DNA of 29,518 nt, taken from contig JAYUUW010000081.1 of the NCBI GenBank assembly GCA_043754665.1, positions 1 to 29,518 of the forward strand, in the 5' to 3' direction. Each line of letters starts with the position of its first letter. Position 1 is the stretch's first letter. Position numbers and translations under genes: made by a program. This document shows, piece after piece, positions 14,102-21,571 of this stretch. The notes under the pieces were generated by a model. The model worked only from the letters and a program-made list of their open reading frames with translations, searched no databases and was not told the DNA's origin. The DNA is from Anaerolineales bacterium (lineage in GTDB: Bacteria > Chloroflexota > Anaerolineae > Anaerolineales > UBA6663).

Positions 14102-16246
14102 CTAGCCCATCTTGCCGTGGCCGTTCGTCGGCTGCGACTCAAAGTCGGTGCCAATTACCATGCGGCCGATCTTCTGGTATTCGCGCTTGGTGGCTTGCAG
14201 CATGTGCGCCATCGTCACGCGCCGCCCATCGGCCGCCGCCAAGAACGCCGACGCCACCGCGATGTTGCGAATGTGCCCGCCGGTGATCTTGAACTTGCGC
14301 GCCAGGTAGTCCAGGTCCACATCCGGCCCCAACGGCAGTTCGGGCGGCAGCGCCACCCGCCAGATGCGGCGGCGGTCTTCTTCCTCCGGCATGGGGAAGT
14401 CGATGACAAACTGCATCCGGCGCACGAAGGCGTCATCCAGGTTCATCTTGAGGTTCGTCGCCAGGATGACCGCGCCGGAATACTCTTCCATCTTTTGCAG
14501 CAGGTAGGCGGTCTCGATGTTGGCGTAGCGGTCGTGGGCGTCTTTGACCTCCGAGCGCTTGCCGAACAGCGCGTCGGCCTCGTCAAAGAACAAAATCGCG
14601 TTGGCGCTCTCGGCCTCGGCAAAGATGTGGTTGAGGTTCTTCTCGGTCTCGCCGATGTATTTGCTCACCACGCCCGATAGGTCGATCTTATACAGGTCCA
14701 GCCCCAGCGCGTTCGCGATGATGTCGGCCGCCATGGTCTTGCCGGTGCCCGAGCTGCCCGCGAACAGGCTCATCAGTCCCTTGCCCAGCGCCAGCCGCCG
14801 CGCAAAGCCCCACGTTTGAAACACCAGGTGGCGGTGCTCCATTTGCAGCGCGATCTCGCGCAACTGCTGCACGGTATCGCTCGGCAGCACGATGTCGTCC
14901 CAGTAATAATGGGGCACGATCTTGCGCGCCAGGCTGTTGAGGATGGGGGTGGACTGGGTGCGCGCCGCCGAGTACAGGTCGTCGGCCGTCACCAGCGGCG
15001 CGTCGGGGCTGCGCCACATAGCCGCCGCCCGCGCCGCCGTCACTGCGTCGGCGATCTGCCCGGTGCTAAGGCTGAACTTCTCGGCCAGCGCCTCGATCAC
15101 CTCGGGCGCCAGCCCGGCGGCCAGGTCGCCCAACCGGTGGCCCCACAGCGCCCGCCGCGCGTCGAAGTCCGGCGCGGGCAAGTTAATCATCAAGCCCGGC
15201 CAGTTGAAGCCGCCGTCGGAGCACAAGATGGTCAGCGGGGCCAGGTGGTTGGTTTGCAGCCGCTGGCGCAGCCAGGCCACGTCTTCGGCTTTGAGCTTGT
15301 GTAGGTCTTGCAGCAGCAGCGCCGCCGGCTGCAAGGCCGCCTCGCGCTCGGCCAGCGTCAGCGCCGCCTCGATGCCCTGCGCGGCGGCCAGCCCCGGCAG
15401 GTCCACCGCCAGCAGCCGCAGCGCTGTGCTGCCGATCAGCCGCAGCGCCGCCTGCCGAAAGTCGGCCGCGTGCCGCCCGTTGAAGTACAACACGGGCGGC
15501 GTCAGCCGGGTGGGGGGCAGGCTTGCCAATTGGTCGATCTGCGCCACCAGGCGCGGCGTAAACGGCAGCGGCACCGCCGTCTGCCCGCCTTCATGCAGTT
15601 GCGCGAAGCCGCGCAGCGCCTCGTCCGGGCTGCTTAGGCCCAGTAAGAACCCGGCGATGCGCGGGTTGAGCCCCAGCGTTTGCGACGGCAGCGGCGTAAA
15701 CGGCTGCCCCGGCTCGTTGTACAGGTTGACCAGCAGCATTCGCCGCAGTGGTGCGCCCGCCGCGAACCCCCGGCGCACGGCGTCACGGTCGGCGCGCTCG
15801 GCCAGCAGGCGGATGGCGATTTCCACGCGCGGCCGGCGCTTGGTCACGTCGTCCTGCACGTAGGCATACAGGCGCTCCATGCGGCTGTCGGCTTCCAGCG
15901 CCAGACCCAGCAGCACACAGCCCACGTCAAACGCGTCGAGCTGCGCCAGCCGGATCAAGTCGCCCAGCGGCCCGCCGGCACTCTGTGTCAGCCGGGCCAG
16001 CGCGGCGCGCTCCTCGCTGAGCGCTGTCTCGTAACTTTCCACCGCCTCCGGGCCTTGCAGCCGTGGCCCCAGACCCAGCAGTTGATCTACCTCTTCATCA
16101 GAGATGTACAGCCCCCGGTATTCATCCTGCCCGGCCGGTAGCCCCATGGCGCGCAGCCGCGCAATCTCCAGCCGGATCAGGCGTTCGATCAGCCGCAGCC
16201 CCTCGGGCACGCCAGGTTGTTGCCCCTCGGTGGGGTTGGCCGTCAC
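14102..16246 (-). CDS. AAA+ ATPase, Afp15/Pvc15-type (CIS-associated)
   Basis: Walker A GSSGTGKT, Walker B ILFFDEAD, KYIGETEKNL, DAHDRYAN, SRH LATNL..NLDDAFVRR; N-terminal helical region and a degenerate first AAA module. Confidence 0.93.
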   Translation of the reverse strand: MTANPTEGQQPGVPEGLRLIERLIRLEIARLRAMGLPAGQDEYRGLYISDEEVDQLLGLGPRLQGPEAVESYETALSEERAALARLTQSAGGPLGDLIRLAQLDAFDVGCVLLGLALEADSRMERLYAYVQDDVTKRRPRVEIAIRLLAERADRDAVRRGFAAGAPLRRMLLVNLYNEPGQPFTPLPSQTLGLNPRIAGFLLGLSSPDEALRGFAQLHEGGQTAVPLPFTPRLVAQIDQLASLPPTRLTPPVLYFNGRHAADFRQAALRLIGSTALRLLAVDLPGLAAAQGIEAALTLAEREAALQPAALLLQDLHKLKAEDVAWLRQRLQTNHLAPLTILCSDGGFNWPGLMINLPAPDFDARRALWGHRLGDLAAGLAPEVIEALAEKFSLSTGQIADAVTAARAAAMWRSPDAPLVTADDLYSAARTQSTPILNSLARKIVPHYYWDDIVLPSDTVQQLREIALQMEHRHLVFQTWGFARRLALGKGLMSLFAGSSGTGKTMAADIIANALGLDLYKIDLSGVVSKYIGETEKNLNHIFAEAESANAILFFDEADALFGKRSEVKDAHDRYANIETAYLLQKMEEYSGAVILATNLKMNLDDAFVRRMQFVIDFPMPEEEDRRRIWRVALPPELPLGPDVDLDYLARKFKITGGHIRNIAVASAFLAAADGRRVTMAHMLQATKREYQKIGRMVIGTDFESQPTNGHGKMG

Positions 16247-16247
16247 G

Positions 16248-16613
16248 CTATTTCACCATGCTCACATTCCCTTGCTCGGTGGGGTCAATTTCCGTCGGCG
16301 CGTCGTCGGGCCGGTCGGGTGGGGGTGGGGCGCTCTCGCCCGCGTCGCCGCCGCTTGGTCGGGCGCGCTGGGCCGTCTGCAGGCCGCGGATCAGGCGCTG
16401 CACCGAGGCGTTGCCGCGGCGCTGCTGAATGTGCAAGAGCTGATTTTGCCGCAGCGCGTTCGCGGTGGGGTGGGTAGGCAGGCCGCTCAGGCTGCGGCCT
16501 GCCGGCGCAAGTGCGCCGCCCAGCGGTTCGAGGCTGGGGGCGGCGGAATCGGGCCGCGCCTGGGTGGCATCGGGCTCAAGGTCGTGGTTGGCGGTCTCGC
16601 GGGCGTCCATCAC
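16248..16613 (-). CDS. Small hypothetical protein consisting mainly of the DUF4157-cargo-type N-terminal leader motif
   Basis: 121 aa, low-complexity apart from LLHIQQRRGNASVQRLI, which resembles the leaders of the two large cargo genes; stop is 1 nt before the ATPase GTG; start could be ATG 16610. Confidence 0.65.
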   Translation of the reverse strand: MMDARETANHDLEPDATQARPDSAAPSLEPLGGALAPAGRSLSGLPTHPTANALRQNQLLHIQQRRGNASVQRLIRGLQTAQRARPSGGDAGESAPPPPDRPDDAPTEIDPTEQGNVSMVK

Positions 16614-16630
16614 TTCGCCTTCGCGCGTGC

Positions 16631-16652
16631 CTTCATTGTGGCTTCATTGTGG
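16631..16652. repeat. Perfect 11-bp tandem direct repeat (CTTCATTGTGG x2) just upstream of the CIS operon
   Basis: Seen directly at 16631-16641 and 16642-16652. Confidence 0.85.
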
Positions 16653-16708
16653 AAGGAATCTGGGCCACCCTGGATAGTACGCTAGGTCTAGCTTGCCAAT
16701 CATGCCGA

Positions 16709-17752
16709 CTAGCTCAAGATACTATCATGGTCAGCAAATCGACGCAAAAACGCGACGGCATTTTCGGCCAGCGTGTCGAGGCGGTAGCCGCCCTCCTGCA
16801 CCAGCACCGTCGGCAGGCCCAGCGCGGCAATCGCCTCGCCCACCGCGCCCAATCCGCCGGGGGTGAGCGTGAAGCCGCCCACCGGGTCGCCCACGGCCGT
16901 GTCGAACCCCACCGACACCACCAGGTACTCCGGCGCGTAGTCGGCGATCACCGCCAGCGCTTCCTCCAGCGTCGCCAGGTAGCCCGCGTCGTCGGTGCCC
17001 AGCGGCAGCGCCCAGTTGCGGTTGTAGCCCAGCCCCGCGCCCTCGCCGCGCTCGTCCGGCCCGCCCCAGTAGAAGGGGTAGTCCTCGTTTGGGTCCGCGT
17101 GCAGTGAGCAAAACAGCACGCCGGGGTCGTCGTAGAAGATCATCTGCGTGCCGTTGCCGTGGTGGTAGTCAATATCCAGCACGGCCACGCGCCCGCCGCT
17201 CTGCGCCCCCAGCCAGCGCGCCGCAATGGCCGCATTGTTCAGATAGCAAAACCCGCCATACAGCGCCGCCGCCGCGTGGTGGCCGGGCGGCCGGCACAGC
17301 GCATAGGCCGACTGCGCCCCGGCCCGCACTTGGGCCGCCGCCGTCACCGCGCATTGCGCCGCCAGGTAGGCCGCCTCCCACGTGCCTTCCAGCGTGGGGC
17401 TGCCCACGTCAAACGCGTAGTAGCCCACCAGCCCCAGAAAGCCGCTCGGCTTGTGCCGCGCCCCGCGGGCCGCAAACGTGGAGGCGAACACCGGGCTGCC
17501 CGCCTTGTAGTAGGCCGTGTGGTTGGCGTACAGCGTGCGCAGAAAGTCTACGTACTCGGCGTCGTGCACCGCCAGAATCGGGGCCAGGCCGAAGTCAGTG
17601 GGCGCTTCCACCGGCCCCAGCCCGGCCGCCCGCACCGCCGCCACAATGATCTCGGCCCGCACTGGCACCTCATCGGTCACGAACGGATGCCCCTCCAGGC
17701 GCACGCCAGCGGTGTCATGCAACTGATGCTTGTCCGTGTAAATAGTAATCAT
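16709..17752 (-). CDS. Histone deacetylase family protein, acetylpolyamine amidohydrolase-like
   Basis: RPPGHHA, GGFCYLNNAAIAA, LDIDYHHGNGTQ, VSVGFD, QEGGY motifs. Confidence 0.93.
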   Translation of the reverse strand: MITIYTDKHQLHDTAGVRLEGHPFVTDEVPVRAEIIVAAVRAAGLGPVEAPTDFGLAPILAVHDAEYVDFLRTLYANHTAYYKAGSPVFASTFAARGARHKPSGFLGLVGYYAFDVGSPTLEGTWEAAYLAAQCAVTAAAQVRAGAQSAYALCRPPGHHAAAALYGGFCYLNNAAIAARWLGAQSGGRVAVLDIDYHHGNGTQMIFYDDPGVLFCSLHADPNEDYPFYWGGPDERGEGAGLGYNRNWALPLGTDDAGYLATLEEALAVIADYAPEYLVVSVGFDTAVGDPVGGFTLTPGGLGAVGEAIAALGLPTVLVQEGGYRLDTLAENAVAFLRRFADHDSILS

Positions 17753-17759
17753 GCGCGCG

Positions 17760-17765
17760 ATTATA
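17760..17765 (-). promoter_or_regulatory. -10 hexamer TATAAT, 7 nt upstream of the deacetylase ATG (leaderless-type promoter)
   Basis: Minus strand TATAAT-CGCGCGC-ATG; no Shine-Dalgarno in between. Confidence 0.55.
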
Positions 17766-17789
17766 GATTAACTCGCCCCCAGCTCGCTT

Positions 17790-17827
17790 AAACAAAAACC
17801 GAGCGCTTCCACGCGGGAAGCGCCCGG
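17790..17827 (-). terminator. Rho-independent terminator after trmI
   Basis: Minus strand CCGGGCGCTTCC-CGCGT-GGAAGCGCTCGG followed by TTTTTGTTT. Confidence 0.75.
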
Positions 17828-17869
17828 TCAAGGGCGTGGCTGTAATGCCAGCATATCGCGGTTTGGAGC

Positions 17870-18763
17870 TTACAGCGTCCCGCCGTCGTCGCCGCCATCC
17901 ATCAAGTCCGGCGCGTCCAACGGCCCATCGTCGGGGATCAGTTCAGGCGGCGCGCTCTCGCCGGCGGCCTCGGCGGCGGGCACCGGCACTTGGGCGCGCG
18001 TCACTGGCCGCCCAAAGATCAGGTAGCCGGTGTGGGCCACCATGCGGTCCACTGGCCGCAGCCGCTCGGGCACCGTCTTGTAATAGCGCAGCAGCACTTC
18101 GCACACCTCGACGAACTCATAATCGTCACGCTCCAGCGCCACCAGCAGGGTCGACACCTGGTTGGCGGTCGGCAGGATGCTGCCAAAGAACCCGCCGCCC
18201 TTCAGCGCCTTGCGCACCACGCCGGTGTAGTCCCACGGGTTGGGCACATCGAGGAAGAAGGCGTCAACGTCGGTCTCATCTATCCCCTCGCCAATGTCGC
18301 GCCGCTTGAACGTCACCCGCTCGGCCAGGCCCACCCGCTCCATGTTGCGCGCCGCCAGCTTCTGCATGTCTTCGCGGACGTCATAGCTAATCACCCGCCC
18401 GGTCGGCCCTACCGTCTGCGCCAGCACCGTCGTCATGCCGCCGCTGCCCGTCCCGGCCTCCATCACCGTCTGCCCCGGCTTGATCGAGAGCTTCATCAAG
18501 ATAAAGCCACTGTCCTTGGGGTAGATGATCTGCGAGCTGCGTTTGATATCGCGGATCAGGTCGTCGGTGGACGGCTCCACCAGAAAAAAGGCGTGGCCCA
18601 GGTGGCTGAAGACCTCGTTGCCCAGCGGCTGCCCGATCAGGGCGTCGTGCAGGATGATGCCGCGATGCGTCTCCAGCCGGTGGCCGGGCGTCAGCCGGAT
18701 GATGAAATACTTGTTGTCGCGTCCGACCAACTGCACGACTGCGCCGGCTTGAGTAAGGGCCAT
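17870..18763 (-). CDS. trmI: tRNA (adenine(58)-N1)-methyltransferase
   Basis: SQIIYPKD, EAGTGSGGMT (SAM-binding), SYDVRED, FFLDVPNPW, LRPVDRMVAHTGYL. Confidence 0.92.
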   Translation of the reverse strand: MALTQAGAVVQLVGRDNKYFIIRLTPGHRLETHRGIILHDALIGQPLGNEVFSHLGHAFFLVEPSTDDLIRDIKRSSQIIYPKDSGFILMKLSIKPGQTVMEAGTGSGGMTTVLAQTVGPTGRVISYDVREDMQKLAARNMERVGLAERVTFKRRDIGEGIDETDVDAFFLDVPNPWDYTGVVRKALKGGGFFGSILPTANQVSTLLVALERDDYEFVEVCEVLLRYYKTVPERLRPVDRMVAHTGYLIFGRPVTRAQVPVPAAEAAGESAPPELIPDDGPLDAPDLMDGGDDGGTL

Positions 18764-18800
18764 GACATTCCTTTTGCCTGAGATACGCGGTTGAACGAGG

Positions 18801-18806
18801 ATTATA
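18801..18806 (-). promoter_or_regulatory. -10 hexamer TATAAT for trmI
   Basis: Perfect TATAAT 37 nt upstream of the trmI start, in the divergent spacer; no clear -35. Confidence 0.45.
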
Positions 18807-18841
18807 CCTGCAACGCCTTGGCAATCCGGCCCGATTTCCTG

Positions 18842-18850
18842 TGGTACACT
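18842..18850 (+). promoter_or_regulatory. Extended -10 (TGnTACACT) for the response regulator operon
   Basis: TGGTACACT 29 nt upstream of ATG 18880, with GGAGG Shine-Dalgarno between. Confidence 0.5.
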
Positions 18851-18879
18851 ACGTTGGCATCAGCCGCTCGGAGGTTGGC

Positions 18880-19281
18880 ATGGCCAACGGCAAACGTGTC
18901 GTTTGCATTGAGGATGAACCTGAAATGATTGACCTTGTGAAGCTCATCCTGAGCCGCAAGGGATTTCAGGTCGTCGGCGCGATGGGCGGGCGCGAAGGCC
19001 TGGAGGCCATCCACCGCGAGAAGCCCGATTTGGTGCTGCTGGACATCATGATGCCCGACATGGACGGCTGGGAAGTCTACCAGCGCATGAAGGCCGATGA
19101 CACCACCAAGGCCATCCCCGTCATCATGGTGACGGCCAAGGCCCAGAGCATCGACAAAGTGCTTGGCCTGCACATTGCCAAGGTCGACGACTACATTACC
19201 AAACCGTTTGGCCCGCAAGAGCTGCTCGAAAGCGTCGAAAAGGTGCTGGCCCGCCAGTCTCAAAGCCAGAACGTGGCATGA
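18880..19281 (+). CDS. Single-domain response regulator (CheY-like receiver)
   Basis: VVCIEDE, PDLVLLDIMMPDMDGWEV, IPVIMVTAK, DYITKPF; start set at ATG 18880 with GGAGG. Confidence 0.93.
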   Translation: MANGKRVVCIEDEPEMIDLVKLILSRKGFQVVGAMGGREGLEAIHREKPDLVLLDIMMPDMDGWEVYQRMKADDTTKAIPVIMVTAKAQSIDKVLGLHIAKVDDYITKPFGPQELLESVEKVLARQSQSQNVA

Positions 19282-19360
19282 GTTGTCGGGGCCGCCGCGC
19301 TGTGTCCGCCCATTGGCCGGGGGTGGCTCGCCTGAGCTGCCCCCGGTTTGCGTGCCGCTG

Positions 19361-19747
19361 ATGCCCACGCGCTACGCCGCCCTGCGCCACCGCCACACCG
19401 GCGCGCTGCTGCTGCCGCGCGTGCGCCTGTGCACCTCCTTCCTCAGCCGGGGGCGCGGCCTGATGTTCCGGCGCGCGCTGGAGCCGGGCGAGGCGCTGCT
19501 GCTGGATGAGCGGCGCGACAGCCGCGTGGCCACCGCCATCCATATGTTCTTTGTGCCCTTTGCCATCGCCGCCGTGTGGATTGACAGCACCGGCCGCGTG
19601 GTTGACAAAACGTTGGCGCTGCCCTGGCGGCCCTTTTACGGCCCCCGCGCCCCCGCCCGCTATATCCTGGAAACAGAGCCGGCCTTCCTCGACCGGATCA
19701 CCCTTGCTGATGAAGTGGATTTTGAACCGAGCCCGCCCCGCGCTTAA
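19361..19747 (+). CDS. DUF192 family protein
   Basis: SFLSRGRGLMFR, IHMFFVPFAIAAVWID..GRVV, ARYILE; start set at ATG 19361 within track ORF 19163..19747. Confidence 0.85.
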   Translation: MPTRYAALRHRHTGALLLPRVRLCTSFLSRGRGLMFRRALEPGEALLLDERRDSRVATAIHMFFVPFAIAAVWIDSTGRVVDKTLALPWRPFYGPRAPARYILETEPAFLDRITLADEVDFEPSPPRA

Positions 19748-21137
19748 CGCTCGCCGCGCCGCCGCCCTCCTGTTCGTTGCCGTGGCTCTCGCCCTGGGCG
19801 CTCCGCTCCGGCCGGTGCGCGCGCAGGCGGGCGGGCCGCAGTACATCGTGCTGGCCGGCGAAGGGCTATCCGTCATCGCCAACCGCTTTGGCGTCACCAT
19901 CGACGCCCTGGTCGCCGCCAATCCCGACCTCAACCCCGATAACTTGCAGGAAGGCGCGCATCTTACCATCCCCGGCAGCCCCACGCTGGCCGGCTTTGTG
20001 GCCGCGCACCCGCTGGAGCCGGGCGAAACCCTCGCCAGCCTCACTTTCCGCCTCGGCCAACAGCCCGCGAGCCTGGCGCAGCTCAACGGCGTGCTCAACC
20101 CTGAACAGCTCTATTTCAATCAAGAAATCGTCTACTTGGAGCCAGGCGACGCCGCGCCGGCTATCCCCACCGGCCGCGCCTACCCGGCCACTGCGGAGCT
20201 TGGGCTGGTTGGGCTTGCCGCCGCGCACAATCAAAATCCCTGGGTCTTGGCCGCCGCCAACCGGCTCAACCCGGCGCGCCTCACGCCGCAAGCGCTCGTA
20301 TATATCCCCGGCGGCGACCGGCCCTTGCTGGGCCTGCCCGCCCCGATCAGTGAACTGCAGGTCGGCCCGCTGCCGGCGCTGCAAGGCAGCACGCTCTCCA
20401 TCGCGCTCACCACCGAGACGAGCGCCACAGTGCGCGGCACACTCGGCCCGTGGACGCTGACCTTCAACGCTGACCCCGCCGCGCCCAACACCCACTACGC
20501 TTTGCAAGGGCTGCCGCGCTTCCTCCCTGCTGATCTCTACCCCTTGGTGCTCACTGCCACGCTGCCCTCGGGCGAGGTGGTCAGCCTGGTGCAGCGGCTG
20601 CCCACCAAGGACGGCGACTTTCTCAACGACGGCCCGCTGACGGTGGATCCCGCCACCATTGACCCGGCCGCCACCGAGCCCGAGAACGCCCTGGTAGCGG
20701 CGGCCGTCGCGCCGGTGACGCCTGAGCGCTATTGGCTCGGCCCGTTCGTTCTGCCCTCGGTCGGGGTGGAGCGCTCGGTCTACGGCTCGCTCCGCGTCTA
20801 CAACGGCGGCGCGCTCACCGGCTTTCACACCGGCGTCGACTACGCCGGCCAAGATGGCCAGCCCATCACCGCGCCCGCCGCCGGCGTGGTTGTGTTCGTG
20901 CAGGCGCTTACGGTGCGCGGCAACGCCACCATCATTGACCACGGCTGGGGCGTCTATACCGGTTATTGGCATCAGAGTGTGCAGTACGTCAGCGTGGGCG
21001 ACCGCGTGGAAACGGGCCAGGTCATCGGCGAAAACGGCCACACTGGCCGCGTGACCGGCCCACACCTGCACTGGGAGCTGTTCGTGGCCGGGGTGCAGGT
21101 AGACCCCCGCCAGTTCACGACCTGGACCTTTCCTTAA
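19710..21137 (+). CDS. Secreted M23 family metallopeptidase with N-terminal LysM domains
   Basis: Signal peptide (AAALLFVAVALALGAPLRPVRA), LysM (YIVLAGEGLSVIANRFGVTIDALVAANP), HTGVD, TIIDHG, YWHQS, TGPHLHWE; start uncertain (ATG 19710 or TTG 19722). Confidence 0.9.
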   Translation: MKWILNRARPALNARRAAALLFVAVALALGAPLRPVRAQAGGPQYIVLAGEGLSVIANRFGVTIDALVAANPDLNPDNLQEGAHLTIPGSPTLAGFVAAHPLEPGETLASLTFRLGQQPASLAQLNGVLNPEQLYFNQEIVYLEPGDAAPAIPTGRAYPATAELGLVGLAAAHNQNPWVLAAANRLNPARLTPQALVYIPGGDRPLLGLPAPISELQVGPLPALQGSTLSIALTTETSATVRGTLGPWTLTFNADPAAPNTHYALQGLPRFLPADLYPLVLTATLPSGEVVSLVQRLPTKDGDFLNDGPLTVDPATIDPAATEPENALVAAAVAPVTPERYWLGPFVLPSVGVERSVYGSLRVYNGGALTGFHTGVDYAGQDGQPITAPAAGVVVFVQALTVRGNATIIDHGWGVYTGYWHQSVQYVSVGDRVETGQVIGENGHTGRVTGPHLHWELFVAGVQVDPRQFTTWTFP

Positions 21138-21415
21138 GGCTCGGGCGCGCCCGCGTCGTCCCCAGCCGCGGCGTCAGCGCCGGTCTCCAGGTCACCGCGC
21201 TGCATCGCGGCCAGCAGCGCCTCGGCCTCGGCCGCCCGCGCCTCGGTCACCAGGATGTCCACCAGGCCCAGCGGACCGACTGTGAAGCCATACGCCGCCC
21301 CGGCCCCTTCCTGCGAGGTCTGCGCTGGGATGCCGGCCGCTTCTAGCAGCGCTTGAATAATCGCCGCCTGGCCGCCGCCGGTGGTGGTGAACACGACTAC
21401 GAGTTTGTTGGTCAT
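21134..21415 (-). CDS. DUF2007-like putative signal-transducing protein
   Basis: AAIIQALLEAAGIPA...VDILVTEARAAEAEALL; start set at ATG 21415. Confidence 0.75.
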   Translation of the reverse strand: MTNKLVVVFTTTGGGQAAIIQALLEAAGIPAQTSQEGAGAAYGFTVGPLGLVDILVTEARAAEAEALLAAMQRGDLETGADAAAGDDAGAPEP

Positions 21416-21452
21416 CGGGCCTCGCTTGAAATTGTTACGGGCGATGGTTGAG

Positions 21453-21481
21453 TTTACAAGCCCCACAGGCCCGAGTATAAT
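21453..21481 (+). promoter_or_regulatory. Sigma70-type promoter for the 21572 operon
   Basis: TTTACA (21453-21458), 17-nt spacer, TATAAT (21476-21481). Confidence 0.7.
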
Positions 21482-21571
21482 ACTTACCCGTCCTTCATCC
21501 AATGATGGATTAACGTTCGTGGCCGGCGCCTCCGCGTGGCCGTAATCGCTATTTGAATTTGAGGTTCATCT

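Larger units (their letters stand above)
1..16613 (-). other. Contractile injection system (eCIS/CIS, Afp/PVC-like) gene cluster, upstream half; baseplate/spike genes expected beyond the left edge
   Basis: Co-oriented sheath, two tube genes, tail-assembly chaperone, DUF4255 cap, Afp15-type AAA+ ATPase and two DUF4157 proteins; no capsid, portal, terminase or integrase gene in the window. Confidence 0.95.

Noticed and set aside
1-16613. Prophage or integrated mobile element interpretation
   Set aside because: No capsid, portal, terminase, integrase or att-like repeats seen; the DUF4255, Afp15-type ATPase and DUF4157 genes are CIS-specific; composition looks similar to the flanks by eye (not computed)
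16709-17752. Deacetylase as a CIS effector or accessory gene
   Set aside because: Ordinary full-length acetylpolyamine amidohydrolase-like protein with its own promoter and no cargo leader; only adjacency supports a link
19506-19709. Track starts for several flank genes (19506, 19163, 18841, 21502, 23070, 27783)
   Set aside because: The extensions overlap neighbouring genes or promoters and are not protein-like; downstream starts with SD or family-typical N-termini were used instead
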